Assembly (NCBI GenBank): GCA_036504215.1
Contig: DASXVO010000016.1
Span: forward strand, 1 to 64,000
Length of the DNA stretch: 64,000 nucleotides
DNA from: Vicinamibacterales bacterium
GTDB lineage: Bacteria > Acidobacteriota > Vicinamibacteria > Vicinamibacterales > Fen-181
Reading direction: 5' to 3'
Of this stretch, positions 28,323 through 38,657 are shown in pieces (positions within the stretch are counted from its first letter, which is position 1; every line of letters starts with the position of its first letter). Position numbers and translations under genes: made by a program. The notes under the pieces are model-generated. The model was not told where the DNA came from. It saw only the letters and a list, made by a program, of their open reading frames with translations, and ran no database searches.

Positions 28323-29435
28323 TCAGCCGACGCGTTTCTCGTACACTCGGTACGTCTTGTACCGCGTCGCACCGCCGCGCGAGAGCGCGCGGTTGACCGC
28401 CTCGTTGTCCTCGAGTGTCCAGGAGCACTCGGCCCATCGCCACCCGATCTTCTTCGCAGCCTGCACCAGGCTGAGCATCAGCAGCGGGAGCACGCCGGTG
28501 CCGCGGTAGTCATCGACGACCCCGACGAGGACGATCCGGAATCGGGTCACGATGAACCGGCGCAGCAACAGCCGGATCAGCCCCGACGGCAACAGTCTCC
28601 CATCGGTCGGCTTGAGCACCTGGTTGATGTCCGGCAGCGCGACGGCGCAGCCTACCGGACGTCCGTCCACTTCTGCGGCGAGGGCGGCGTCGGGCATCAC
28701 GATTTGCTTCAAGTCCTTGACGATGTGCGCGAACTCTTCCTTGGTTGGCGGGACGAAGCCCCAGTTGTCCTTCCAGGCCTCGCAATAGACCGCGTGGAGC
28801 TTCTCGGTCTCCGACCAGACGTCGTGCGTGTTCAGCGGCCGAATGACGATCTTGTGGCGCCGTCTCAGGCGCTCGGCGAGGGACACGAGGCGCGCTTCGG
28901 GGGCCTGCTGCACGTCGAGGAGCCAGCAGTACAAATCCTTGGCCTTGCCGTACCCGGCCCGTTCGACGGCCTCCGGATACTCGGGCGGATTCCACGGCAT
29001 CATCAGGTACGGATCGGTGTCGAACGCGTCGATCTGGAACCCCGCGCTGTAGTTCAGCGATGGATTGAGCGGGCCGCGCACCGACGTACGACCACGCGCC
29101 ACGGCCCATTGCTCGACCCGGCCGAGCAGGGCGGACGCGGCTTCGGGGCTTTCGGCTTCGAAGAACCCGAAGGCCCCAATGTTGTCCTTGTGCCGCTCGT
29201 TGTGGCGCCGGTCATCGATGGCCGCGACTCTGCCGACCACGCGCTCGCCTTCCCACGCGATGAACAGGTCCATCTCCGCGACCGCGCAGAACGGGTTCTT
29301 CTTCTGGCTGAACTGATCCCACTCCGAGAGGCGGAGCGGCGGAACCCAGTGAGTGTGACCTCGGTACAGGCTGTACGGCAGATCGATGAACCTGCGCAGA
29401 GAAGAACGATCGGTCACCGGACGCACATCGATCAT
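28323..29435 (-). CDS. GNAT-fold acyltransferase family protein
   Basis: 370 aa. The N-terminus MIDVRPVTDRSSLRRFIDLPYSLY is typical of a widespread GNAT-like family. Start set at the internal ATG (M22 of the track ORF). Confidence 0.45.
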   Translation of the reverse strand: MIDVRPVTDRSSLRRFIDLPYSLYRGHTHWVPPLRLSEWDQFSQKKNPFCAVAEMDLFIAWEGERVVGRVAAIDDRRHNERHKDNIGAFGFFEAESPEAASALLGRVEQWAVARGRTSVRGPLNPSLNYSAGFQIDAFDTDPYLMMPWNPPEYPEAVERAGYGKAKDLYCWLLDVQQAPEARLVSLAERLRRRHKIVIRPLNTHDVWSETEKLHAVYCEAWKDNWGFVPPTKEEFAHIVKDLKQIVMPDAALAAEVDGRPVGCAVALPDINQVLKPTDGRLLPSGLIRLLLRRFIVTRFRIVLVGVVDDYRGTGVLPLLMLSLVQAAKKIGWRWAECSWTLEDNEAVNRALSRGGATRYKTYRVYEKRVG

Positions 29436-29688
29436 GCCGGGCCCTCCAGAGGTTCGGTGATGATATCTCACTGGCGTGTGTCTGGCCGCCCCTGCCAAGC
29501 CGGCCGACCGACCGGATGCCCACTCACGCGCGAAGCGCCGGAATGCCCCACGCTGAACCGAGGTGCCGCTGGCGCCAGTTGATCGATCATCCTGAAGCCT
29601 GGCCCGAGACGTCCGGCACGGGAATGTTCGCCCTCGCGATGATTGATGGAGCCGGCGGCAGATGCACGCGGTGTCGGCAGGATCCCAT

Positions 29689-32262
29689 TCAGTTGACGCC
29701 GGCTGTGACGACGCGCATGACGCGATCGATGGCAGCGAAGAGCGCGGCAGGATCGATCGGTTTGGTGACGTACTCGTCCATGCCGGCTTCGAGGCACTTC
29801 GCGCGATCGCCAGGCATGGCGTGGGCCGTCATCGCGATGATTGGCAGGTGGCAGCCGGTCGCCCGCTCTCGGGCGCGAATTGTCCTGGTCGCCTCCAGGC
29901 CATCGACCTCGGGCATCTGAACGTCCATCACAACGAGGTCCACCCGCTGGCTGGCGAGCAGGTGGAGAGCTTCCCGGCCGTTACCGGCCACACTCACCGC
30001 GTGGCCGCGCTTGGCCAGCAGCGCCCGCGCCAGGCGTTGATTCACGGGCGAATCCTCGACGAGCAGAATGCTGAGCACGGGCCGCGCCGACACCGGGCTT
30101 GCCGGGGGCGGCGCGTCGGGTTCGCTCGCGGCGACCTCCGGCTCGGCGGTGTCGAACGGCAGGACGAAGCAGAAGGTGCTGCCGCCGCCTGATGTCGCGT
30201 CGAGCCAGAGCCGGCCGCCCATCGCCTCGACCAGGCGCGAGCAGATGGCCAGGCCAAGCCCGGTTCCGCCGTACCGGCGAGAGTTCGATCCGTCCGCCTG
30301 GGTGAACGGGTCGAAGATCGTCGCTCGCTTGTCGTCCGGAATGCCGATGCCCGTGTCGGTAACGGTGAACTGAAGGTCGGTCTCCCCCGTGGCGCTGGGC
30401 GCCCGGGACACCGCCACGCTCACCGAGCCGCGCTCCGTGAATTTCACCGCGTTGCCCACGAGGTTGATGAGGATCTGCCGCAGGCGGTCTGCGTCGCCGA
30501 TCAGGACGGCGGCGATGTCAGGGTCGATCCGGAGCGCGAGCGTCAGACCCTTCTGGCTGGCCTGGACTGCGAGCAGGCGCAGCGCGTTGCCAAGAACTTC
30601 GCGAAGGTCGAATCGCGTCTGCCTGAGCCTGAGCCGTCCGGCCTCGATCGCGGAGAAGTCGAGAATCTCGTTGATGAGGGTGACGAGCGACCCGGCCGAT
30701 TGCCTGGCGAGTTCAATGTACTCGCGTTGGTCGGGCGTGAGTTCCGTATCGAGCAGCAGTTCGGTCATGCCGACGACGCCGTTCATCGGCGTCCGGATCT
30801 CGTGGCTCATGTTGGCGAGGAACTCGCCTTTTGCGCGATTCGCCGCCTCAGCCGCGTTGCGAGCCACCTCGATGTGCCGCGTCTGCCGCGTGACCTGCCT
30901 GCGGAGCAGCATCACCCATGTCAGGCACAACAGCGTGGCCGACCCCGTGGCCACTACCACCCAGGCCGCGTGCCGCAGCGTCCACCAGGACGGCGGCCGG
31001 AGGATGACCATGTCCGCAGCCGATCGAAGACGGACCTTGAAGCCGGTCGGCTTGGCGTTGTCGTCGAGGTTTTCGACGCACACCCCGACCAACCGGACGC
31101 GACTCATCGGCTCGACCTGAATCGGCGGATCGAGATTCTCGAGGTGGCCGTAGAAGACGACGCCGTTGGCCTCGATACTGTAGACGTGCTCGTCGCTGTA
31201 ACGCGCAATCGCGGTCACGATGCCGTCGAGTTGCACGAGTTCGTCGCCGAACCCACCCTTCATGATGCCAGCAGCGGTCGTCGCTTTCGGCTCCGGCAGT
31301 TGCCCGCGTCCAACTACCCGCGCGATCGCGTGTTCGAGTTGCGGTCCCTGGTCGGACCCGAGAAAGCCCACGACGTCGACGAGGTCGCCGGTCCGCAGGC
31401 CACTTCTCGCCACGCCCATGACGTACATGGAACTGGTGGCGTCGTGGATGAAATAGGTGCGGCCGGAGCGGGCCAGCAAGACGACGCCGCGCACGTGCAC
31501 CCGTCGTCCGAACAGGGCCTGCGCCGAATAGTCCGAAAGCGTGGCGATCGGGCGAAGTGGCAGCGAGAATGGATCGGCCGCGCCGGCCTCCTCGACCGCG
31601 ACGCTGCCGAGACTCGGCGCCAGGATGCGGAATCCGGTCACCTGGTGCCGCTGATTGAGCATGAGGTCGCAGACGCCGCGGATGGTGAGGCGTCCGTCGA
31701 TATGGCGCTCGATTTCGCGGGCCGACGCGCCGGCCACGACGACCCGGATGACGCCGAAGTCCGTTGCCACGCGCAGTTCGGCCCCACCAGCCAGGTCGGT
31801 TGCCGTTCGGCCGACCCCCCGCACGACCACCCACTGGTGCTGTTCGCTGCCGGACAGCACATTCTGATAGCTGAGCGGCACGGCCTCGGGGAGCGGCCCG
31901 ACACCGATCGTCCGCACGCTGGCTGAGCGAATGTCTGGGCCGAATGCTCCCATGGCGACGACGGCATCCACCCGGATGCGGGAGCCTGGAGCCACAATCG
32001 GAGCGCCATCAGTCCCTCCGAAGGCGATGCCGCCCGTACCGTCGTGCAGGAACACCGTTCGCGTTCCCGAATCGACGAACGTGACGATGCCCTCGAGGGT
32101 GACAGGCTGTCCTCGACCGGGGCTGGCGGCCGCGAGCGTGCCGAGCGCCCGGATCTCGGTCAGGCCAGTCGCCGCCGCGGGACGGCGCGCGGCCACCCCG
32201 GCTTCAAGCGAACCCGGCCACAATCCGAATCCGACGCACAAACACATCGACGCTAGGCGCAT
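29689..32262 (-). CDS. Hybrid sensor histidine kinase/response regulator with large periplasmic sensor domain
   Basis: Signal/TM, about 480-aa periplasmic domain, second TM, HisKA ([10 protein letters not shown]), HATPase_c and a C-terminal REC domain ([11 protein letters not shown]...DVQMPEVDG...KP). Start uncertain (M75 of the track ORF). Confidence 0.7.
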   Translation of the reverse strand: MRLASMCLCVGFGLWPGSLEAGVAARRPAAATGLTEIRALGTLAAASPGRGQPVTLEGIVTFVDSGTRTVFLHDGTGGIAFGGTDGAPIVAPGSRIRVDAVVAMGAFGPDIRSASVRTIGVGPLPEAVPLSYQNVLSGSEQHQWVVVRGVGRTATDLAGGAELRVATDFGVIRVVVAGASAREIERHIDGRLTIRGVCDLMLNQRHQVTGFRILAPSLGSVAVEEAGAADPFSLPLRPIATLSDYSAQALFGRRVHVRGVVLLARSGRTYFIHDATSSMYVMGVARSGLRTGDLVDVVGFLGSDQGPQLEHAIARVVGRGQLPEPKATTAAGIMKGGFGDELVQLDGIVTAIARYSDEHVYSIEANGVVFYGHLENLDPPIQVEPMSRVRLVGVCVENLDDNAKPTGFKVRLRSAADMVILRPPSWWTLRHAAWVVVATGSATLLCLTWVMLLRRQVTRQTRHIEVARNAAEAANRAKGEFLANMSHEIRTPMNGVVGMTELLLDTELTPDQREYIELARQSAGSLVTLINEILDFSAIEAGRLRLRQTRFDLREVLGNALRLLAVQASQKGLTLALRIDPDIAAVLIGDADRLRQILINLVGNAVKFTERGSVSVAVSRAPSATGETDLQFTVTDTGIGIPDDKRATIFDPFTQADGSNSRRYGGTGLGLAICSRLVEAMGGRLWLDATSGGGSTFCFVLPFDTAEPEVAASEPDAPPPASPVSARPVLSILLVEDSPVNQRLARALLAKRGHAVSVAGNGREALHLLASQRVDLVVMDVQMPEVDGLEATRTIRARERATGCHLPIIAMTAHAMPGDRAKCLEAGMDEYVTKPIDPAALFAAIDRVMRVVTAGVN

Positions 32263-32523
32263 TTGCACACACAACGGAGACGCAGCCAACGTTTCGGTAA
32301 TCGGCAGGCCTGTTCGAGCGCTTGAACGCCCGTAATCGAGGGTGGGTCGGGCCGCACGCCCGACGCTTCCCATCCGAGGACCAGCAGAGGCGCGGCCGGG
32401 TGGACTCCACCCGCCTCGTCCGATAGGATCGGCGGCACGAGACATCACACGGGCCACCGGGGACCGGTCGTTCAACCCAGCCACGTCCGATGCTCAACCG
32501 TGAGCGCGGCGGAGGAGGTTACC

Positions 32524-35316
32524 ATGCGCACCTCTGCTCTCCTGGTTCCCACGATCGCGAGGCTGGCTGTCGCACTGACGTGGATGGGCCTCTCCAGCGC
32601 CACCTCGCTTTCTGCGGTCGCGCCGTTGACGCCACCCGCTGCGACGGATCTGCGGTGCGAGTACATGGTCGACCCGATCGGGATCGACGCCACGCATCCG
32701 CGCCTCAGCTGGCGACTTCAATCCACCGAGCGCGGCGCGGTACAGTCGGCTTACCAGATCCAGGTCACGCAGGATGGCAAGCTACGCTGGGACACCGGCC
32801 GGGTGGCGTCAGACCGATCGGTACATCTGCCCTACGGCGGGTCGGCGCTCGAATCCTCGCGACGCTATACCTGGCACGTGCGCGTCTGGGATGGCGGTGG
32901 AACGGTGTCCGCCTGGAGCGCACCCGCGTCATGGGAGATGGGGCTGCTCAACGCCGAGGATTGGAAGGCCCGCTGGATCGAGCCGGCGGCGAGTGAGGCC
33001 TCGACGGCGCCTCAGCCGTCCCCGATGCTGCGAGGCGCGTTCGCGGTGAAGGGCAAGGTGAAATCGGCGCGCGCCTACGTCACCAGCCTGGGTCTCTACG
33101 AACTGGAGATCAACGGCACGCGCGTCGGCGACCAGCTGTTCACGCCCGGCTGGACGAGCTATCGGCATCGCGTGCAGTACCAGACGTACGACGTGACGGC
33201 GCACGTGCGCGCTGGCGAGAACGCGATCGGTGCCACCCTGGGCGACGGTTGGTACCGCAACAGTCTCGCGTGGGGCAACCGGCGCCACGTCTACGGTGAA
33301 CGCCTTGCGCTGCTCTGCCAGCTTCGGATCGAGTTCGCGGACGGCAGGATCGAAACGGTCGGATCGGACGGAACGTGGAAGTCGACGACCGGCCCGATTC
33401 GGATGTCGGACATCTACATGGGTGAGACCTACGATGCCAGGCTCGAGCGTCCTGGATGGAGCGCACCCGGCTACCCGGACCGCGACTGGCTACCCGTGCG
33501 CGTCGTTGATCCGGCGCCACGAACCCTTGTGGCGCCGGCTGGGCCACCCGTCCGGCGGATCGACATCGTGCGGCCCGTCAGGATCCTCGAGACGCCGGCG
33601 GGTGACACGGTGTTCGACATGGGGCAGAACATGGTCGGGCACGTGCGCGTGTCGATGCGGGGCCAGGCCGGGACGACGGTCACGCTGCGCCACGCGGAGG
33701 TGCTCGACAAGGCCGGCAACGTCTACACCGACAACCTGCGGGCCGCAAGACAGCAGGTCACCTACATCCTGAAGGGCGCTGGCGATGAGGTCTACGAACC
33801 GCATTTCACCTTCCAGGGTTTCCGCTATGTGGTCGTCAGCGGCTGGCCAGGCGAGCCCACGCTCGATAGTCTGGTCGGAGTGGTGGTCCACTCGGACATG
33901 CGGGTCACCGGGAGCTTCGAGACCTCGAGCCCGTTGCTCAACCAGCTGCAGCACAACATCCGCTGGGGTCAGAAGGGCAACTTCCTCGATGTGCCCACCG
34001 ACTGCCCGCAGCGCGACGAGCGTCTGGGATGGACCGGAGATGCGCAGGTGTTCGCGCGAACGGCGGCCTTCAACATGGACGTGGCGGGCTTCTTCACGAA
34101 GTGGCTCGCCGACGTGGGAGCCGATCAGCAGTCGGACGGTGCCGTTCCGCACGTGGTGCCAGACGTCTTGAGCGAGAAGGGTCGCGGGGCCTCGGCTTCC
34201 GCCGCCTGGGCCGACGCAGCGGTCATCATTCCCTGGACAATGTATCTGAATTACGGTGACACGCGCGTGTTGGAGACGCAGTACGCGAGCATGAAGGCGT
34301 GGGTTGAGTACATGCGGCGCCAGGCCGGGGACGCGAACCTCTGGAACACCGGCTCGCACTTCGGCGACTGGCTCGCCTTCGCGACGACTGACGCCGACTA
34401 CCCTGGTGCCACGACCGGCAAGGATCTGATCGCGACCGCGTTCTACGCGCATTCCACCGACCTGCTGAAGCGAACGGCGGCCGTCCTCGGGAAGACAGAC
34501 GATGAGGCCGTCTACGCGGCGCTCGTGCCGAAGATCAGGGCTGCGTTCGTCCGCGAGTTCGTGACCGCCGCGGGTCGTGTCGGCGAGAACACGCAGACGG
34601 CCTACGTGCTCGCCCTGGAGTTCGAGTTGCTCCCCGACGACCTCCGAGCCGAGGCCGCGCGGCGTCTCGCCGCGGACGTGCGCGCGAGAGCCCACCTGAC
34701 GACGGGCTTCGTCGGCACACCCTATCTCTGCCATGTACTGGCGCGCCACGGCCACCTGGACGTCGCGTACCTGCTTCTGAACCGCCAGCAGTATCCGTCG
34801 TGGCTCTATCCGGGAACACAGGGCGCCACGACAATCTGGGAGCGGTGGGACGGAATCAAGCCCGACGGCTCGTTCCAGGATCCCGGCATGAACTCGTTCA
34901 ATCACTATGCTTACGGCGCCATCGGCGAGTGGATGTATCGCGTCGTGGCGGGGCTCGAAATCGACCCGGAAGAACCCGGCTACAAACACGTCCTCGTACA
35001 GCCGCATCCCGGAGGGGGCCTGACGTCCGCTGTGGCACGTCTGCAGACGCTGTACGGCGAAGCGGCGTCCGGCTGGACGCTGGCCGACGGCACCCTGACG
35101 GTGTCCGCGACAATACCGCCCAACACGCGCGGCACAGTGTGCCTGCCGGCGGCCACGCTGGCCGGCCTGACCGAGAGCGGCGTTGCCGTGGCGTCGGCCC
35201 CGGGCGTGAAGCACGCCGTCCAGCGAGGCGCAGACGTGCTGGTGGAGGTCGGTTCGGGCAGCTACGTGTTCGTGTACCCTGCGGCTCAACTGGAGTCGAA
35301 GCCAGTCCGCGAGTGA
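32524..35316 (+). CDS. Alpha-L-rhamnosidase (GH78)
   Basis: Signal peptide. N-terminal rhamnosidase domain (RCEYMVDPIGID). GH78 catalytic region with DCPQRDERLGWTGD and the six-hairpin C-terminal domain. 930 aa. Confidence 0.75.
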   Translation: MRTSALLVPTIARLAVALTWMGLSSATSLSAVAPLTPPAATDLRCEYMVDPIGIDATHPRLSWRLQSTERGAVQSAYQIQVTQDGKLRWDTGRVASDRSVHLPYGGSALESSRRYTWHVRVWDGGGTVSAWSAPASWEMGLLNAEDWKARWIEPAASEASTAPQPSPMLRGAFAVKGKVKSARAYVTSLGLYELEINGTRVGDQLFTPGWTSYRHRVQYQTYDVTAHVRAGENAIGATLGDGWYRNSLAWGNRRHVYGERLALLCQLRIEFADGRIETVGSDGTWKSTTGPIRMSDIYMGETYDARLERPGWSAPGYPDRDWLPVRVVDPAPRTLVAPAGPPVRRIDIVRPVRILETPAGDTVFDMGQNMVGHVRVSMRGQAGTTVTLRHAEVLDKAGNVYTDNLRAARQQVTYILKGAGDEVYEPHFTFQGFRYVVVSGWPGEPTLDSLVGVVVHSDMRVTGSFETSSPLLNQLQHNIRWGQKGNFLDVPTDCPQRDERLGWTGDAQVFARTAAFNMDVAGFFTKWLADVGADQQSDGAVPHVVPDVLSEKGRGASASAAWADAAVIIPWTMYLNYGDTRVLETQYASMKAWVEYMRRQAGDANLWNTGSHFGDWLAFATTDADYPGATTGKDLIATAFYAHSTDLLKRTAAVLGKTDDEAVYAALVPKIRAAFVREFVTAAGRVGENTQTAYVLALEFELLPDDLRAEAARRLAADVRARAHLTTGFVGTPYLCHVLARHGHLDVAYLLLNRQQYPSWLYPGTQGATTIWERWDGIKPDGSFQDPGMNSFNHYAYGAIGEWMYRVVAGLEIDPEEPGYKHVLVQPHPGGGLTSAVARLQTLYGEAASGWTLADGTLTVSATIPPNTRGTVCLPAATLAGLTESGVAVASAPGVKHAVQRGADVLVEVGSGSYVFVYPAAQLESKPVRE

Positions 35317-35378
35317 TCGTCGGGATTGAGTCATACTGGGGAGGCTCGATGCCGAACCGCGTCCCCTTGGAGGCCACG

Positions 35379-36215
35379 ATGACTTCAGTGTTGCGCCGGT
35401 CGCTGATCGCAGGGTGCCTGATCCTGTTCGCCGCCACGGTTCTCGCGCAGACGCAGACGTCGAGCCAGCAGGAGACGTTCAAGCCGCAGGTCGGCCAGGC
35501 GGGCAAGGACGTCATCTGGGTGCCCACTCCCCAGTCGCTCGTGGACAAGATGCTCGACATGGCGCACGTGACACCTCAGGACTACCTGATCGACCTGGGA
35601 TCGGGCGACGGCCGCACGGTCATCACGGCGGCGAAGCGCGGCGCGCGCGCGCTTGGAATCGAGTACGAACCGCCGATGGTCGAGCTGTCGAAACGGAATG
35701 CGGCTGAAGCCGGCGTCAGCGACAGGGCGACATTCGCCAAGGCCGACATCTTCGAAAGCGATTTCTCGCAGGCGACAGTCATCTCGATGTTCCTGCTTCC
35801 CAGCATCAACCTGAAGCTGCGACCGAAGATTCTCGAGCTCGCGCCCGGAACCCGAATCGTGTCCAACAGCTTCAACATGGCCGAATGGGAGGCCGACGAA
35901 ACGGCCACCGTTGGCGACGACTGCACCACCTGGTGCACCGCGCTCCTGTGGATTGTGCCGGCCAAGGTCGAGGGCACCTGGCGGCTGCCGGATGGCGAAC
36001 TGGAGTTGAAGCAGGAATTCCAGATGGTGACGGGGACACTGAAGACAGGCGGCCAGGTGCTGCCGGTGACCGCGGGTCGCCTGCGCGGCGCGACGCTGAG
36101 CTTCAAGGCTGGCGACCTCGAGTACACCGGCCGCGTCACCCCCACCGCGATCGAGGGCACGGCCGCCGCTCTCGGCAAGACCAGGTCGTGGAGCGCGACC
36201 AGACCGGGCCGCTGA
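35379..36215 (+). CDS. Secreted class I SAM-dependent methyltransferase
   Basis: Signal peptide MTSVLRRSLIAGCLILFAATVLAQ. Motif I YLIDLGSGDGRTVITAA. 278 aa. The track ORF (34800..) has a 193-codon extension overlapping GH78. Confidence 0.55.
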   Translation: MTSVLRRSLIAGCLILFAATVLAQTQTSSQQETFKPQVGQAGKDVIWVPTPQSLVDKMLDMAHVTPQDYLIDLGSGDGRTVITAAKRGARALGIEYEPPMVELSKRNAAEAGVSDRATFAKADIFESDFSQATVISMFLLPSINLKLRPKILELAPGTRIVSNSFNMAEWEADETATVGDDCTTWCTALLWIVPAKVEGTWRLPDGELELKQEFQMVTGTLKTGGQVLPVTAGRLRGATLSFKAGDLEYTGRVTPTAIEGTAAALGKTRSWSATRPGR

Positions 36216-36240
36216 ATGGAAGGCAGGGACTACTGGGCAA

Positions 36241-36287
36241 AGGATGAAGGAGGAAGGATGAAGGATGAAGGAGGAAGGAGGAAGGCT
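36241..36287. repeat. Tandem heptamer repeat (A[T/G]GAAGG)x6-7, purine-rich
   Basis: aggatgaagg aggaagg atgaagg atgaagg aggaagg aggaagg read directly from the sequence. It lies about 130 nt upstream of the ptb-buk fusion gene. Antisense ORFs read HPSSF(L/I)LHPSSF through it. Confidence 0.6.
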
Positions 36288-36420
36288 GAACGCCGGAACC
36301 TGCGGGATGGCGATTGCAGCCAACGATTCCGGAATTGACGGACCTAGCCCGAGGGCGTTTCTGACGCATACAATGTAGCGATCGGCGGCCATCCTCATCC
36401 AGTTCCCGAGGCCCGGCATC

Positions 36421-38655
36421 ATGTTCAGAATCGAAGAATCGTTGGACAGGCGGATCCTCTCTGCGCAGAAGTACCGCCCGGTCGTCGTGATAACCGAGCC
36501 GCTCGATGCCCGCGTCCTCGAGGCCGTGTGCTACCTGACGCGCTACGTCAAGCCGGTGCTCCTTGCCAGTGAGGACGACGTCCGCGCCACGGCTGCGAAG
36601 TCGCTCTCCCACGTGGACCGTTCGCGCGTGGAATTCAGCCTCAGCGAGTGCGCGTTCGTGGACATCGCCCAGCAGGCGGACCTGGTCGAGGAATTTGCCA
36701 CCGATTGCCTCGAGCACCCGCTCTGCCGGAAGGAGGCGCGCGATCTCGACCAGGCGCGCCGCCTGTTGTCGCAGCCGGGCCAGTTTGGCATCTACGCGGT
36801 GCACCGCGGCCACGCCGACATGGTCGTCGGCGGCGCTGCTTACAGTCCGAAGAACTTCTTCCGTCCGATGCTCGCCCTTCTCGCCAACCGGCCGGTCGTG
36901 TGCGAGGTCGGCATCTTCGTTCTGCCGGACGACTTCCCCGAGGGCTACTACCCGCACAACATCGTCGTGTTCGGCGACGTCGGCGTCAACGCGGTGATGA
37001 CACCCGAAACGCTTGCCGAGGTCTCCGTCGGCACGTGCGCGGTGGCGCGAGACGTCATCCCGGAGGACGTACTGCCGGAGATTCACGGCGCGATCGTGTC
37101 GTATTCGCACAAGGGTTCCGATGAGGGCCCATCGCCCGACATGGTACGAGAGGCGCTGAGGCTGGTGCCGGCGCTGCTCGAGAAGCGCGTCAAGATGGGC
37201 TCGCGCTACGCGAGCATTCGCATCACCGGCGAGGTCAAGTTCAGCGCGGCCATCTCACAGCGGTCCGCCGAGCTGTACGGCGTCGAAGGCCTCAGCGGCG
37301 GCACGAACGTCATCATCAGCCCGAACATCGACACCGGGAACCTGCTCTACTTCCTCTATGCGGCCCGTTTTCCCACCGCCAAGAAGTTCCCGGTAATCTT
37401 CGGCACCGCCTTCCGCTCCGTCGACCTCGCGATGGACTGCACGCCGGAGGACGTGCGCCTCGCGGTGAAGGCCTGCGTACTGCGGCTCCAGCGCGACGGC
37501 CGGTGGGGCCGGACCCCCAAGGACACCTTCTTCCGGCGGTACCGCGTCCTGGCGATCAACCCCGGGTCCACGTCGACGAAGATCGCGGTGTTCGAGGGCG
37601 ACCAGGAAGCCCAGAGCCTGGAGATCGCACATACCCCCGAGGAACTCGCTCCGTTTGCGGGCCGTCGCATCACCGATCAATACGAGTTCCGCAAGGAGGC
37701 GGTGTTGGGCGTCCTGAGTGGTTTTGGCCTGAACCTGGCGGACCTCGACGCCATTTGCGGACGCGGCGGTCTCCTCCACCCGATGCCTCACGGGACGTAC
37801 CGCGTGGGCGAGGCGATGCTCGCCGACCTTCGTGCCGGCGTCGGCGGCGACCACGCGTCGAACCTCGGCGGGCTGATCGCGCACGAACTTGCCGCCCCGG
37901 CCGGAAAGCCCGCCTTCATCGTCGATCCGGTCGTCGTGGACGAGGCACCGTCCCGGGTGAAGATCACGGGCGTCAAGGCGATCCGGCGCCGGACGATCAG
38001 CCACGCGCTCAACCAGGTGGCGTCGGCGCGGCGCTTCGCCCAGGAGGCCGAGACCTTCTACGAGAAGGTCAACGTGATCGTGTGCCACCTCGGCGGCGGC
38101 ATCTCGGTTGGCGCGCACCGCATGGGCCGCTACATCGACGTCAACAACGCGCTCGACGGCGAAGGTCCGTTCAGCCCCGAACGATCGGGCAGCCTCCCCC
38201 AGGCCCAGCTGGCAGAGATGTGCTTCTCGGGCCGCTACACGCACGCCGACATCAAGAAGCTGATCAAGGGAGCCGGCGGTCTCATCAGCCTGCTCGGCAC
38301 ATCGGACCTGCGAGAGGTCGAGCGCCGCGTGCTGGCCGGTGAGCCCGAAGCGGAAGAGGTGTTCGACGCGATGGCCTACCAGGTCGCCAAGGCGGCCGCT
38401 GCCCTTCTCCCCGCCTTCGAGGGCCAGACGCTCGACCGGGTGGTGCTCACGGGCGGCATGGCCCGATGCGTGCCGCTCGTTGAGCGGCTCGAGTACTACC
38501 TGTCCGGTCTGCCGTGCGGCGTGACGGTCTACGCGGGCGAGAACGAGATGGTGGCCCTGGCCAAGGGCGCGCTGCGCGTCCTGTACGGCAAGGAAGAGGC
38601 GCGCGAATACCACGCCGAGGCATCGGTGCCCGCCCCGGCCACCGCGAGCGCCTGA
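36421..38655 (+). CDS. Phosphate acyltransferase-butyrate kinase fusion (Ptb/Pta-like N-domain + Buk-like C-domain)
   Basis: N-terminal about 350 aa phosphate acetyl/butyryltransferase-like. C-terminal about 360 aa has butyrate/acetate-kinase ASKHA motifs (LAINPGSTSTKIAVFEG ... IVCHLGGGISVGAH). One continuous 744-aa ORF. Confidence 0.65.
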   Translation: MFRIEESLDRRILSAQKYRPVVVITEPLDARVLEAVCYLTRYVKPVLLASEDDVRATAAKSLSHVDRSRVEFSLSECAFVDIAQQADLVEEFATDCLEHPLCRKEARDLDQARRLLSQPGQFGIYAVHRGHADMVVGGAAYSPKNFFRPMLALLANRPVVCEVGIFVLPDDFPEGYYPHNIVVFGDVGVNAVMTPETLAEVSVGTCAVARDVIPEDVLPEIHGAIVSYSHKGSDEGPSPDMVREALRLVPALLEKRVKMGSRYASIRITGEVKFSAAISQRSAELYGVEGLSGGTNVIISPNIDTGNLLYFLYAARFPTAKKFPVIFGTAFRSVDLAMDCTPEDVRLAVKACVLRLQRDGRWGRTPKDTFFRRYRVLAINPGSTSTKIAVFEGDQEAQSLEIAHTPEELAPFAGRRITDQYEFRKEAVLGVLSGFGLNLADLDAICGRGGLLHPMPHGTYRVGEAMLADLRAGVGGDHASNLGGLIAHELAAPAGKPAFIVDPVVVDEAPSRVKITGVKAIRRRTISHALNQVASARRFAQEAETFYEKVNVIVCHLGGGISVGAHRMGRYIDVNNALDGEGPFSPERSGSLPQAQLAEMCFSGRYTHADIKKLIKGAGGLISLLGTSDLREVERRVLAGEPEAEEVFDAMAYQVAKAAAALLPAFEGQTLDRVVLTGGMARCVPLVERLEYYLSGLPCGVTVYAGENEMVALAKGALRVLYGKEEAREYHAEASVPAPATASA

Positions 38656-38657
38656 GC

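Noticed and set aside
36241-36287. Possible CRISPR array at the heptamer repeat
   Set aside because: Units are 7 nt with no spacers. It is a simple sequence repeat, not a CRISPR.
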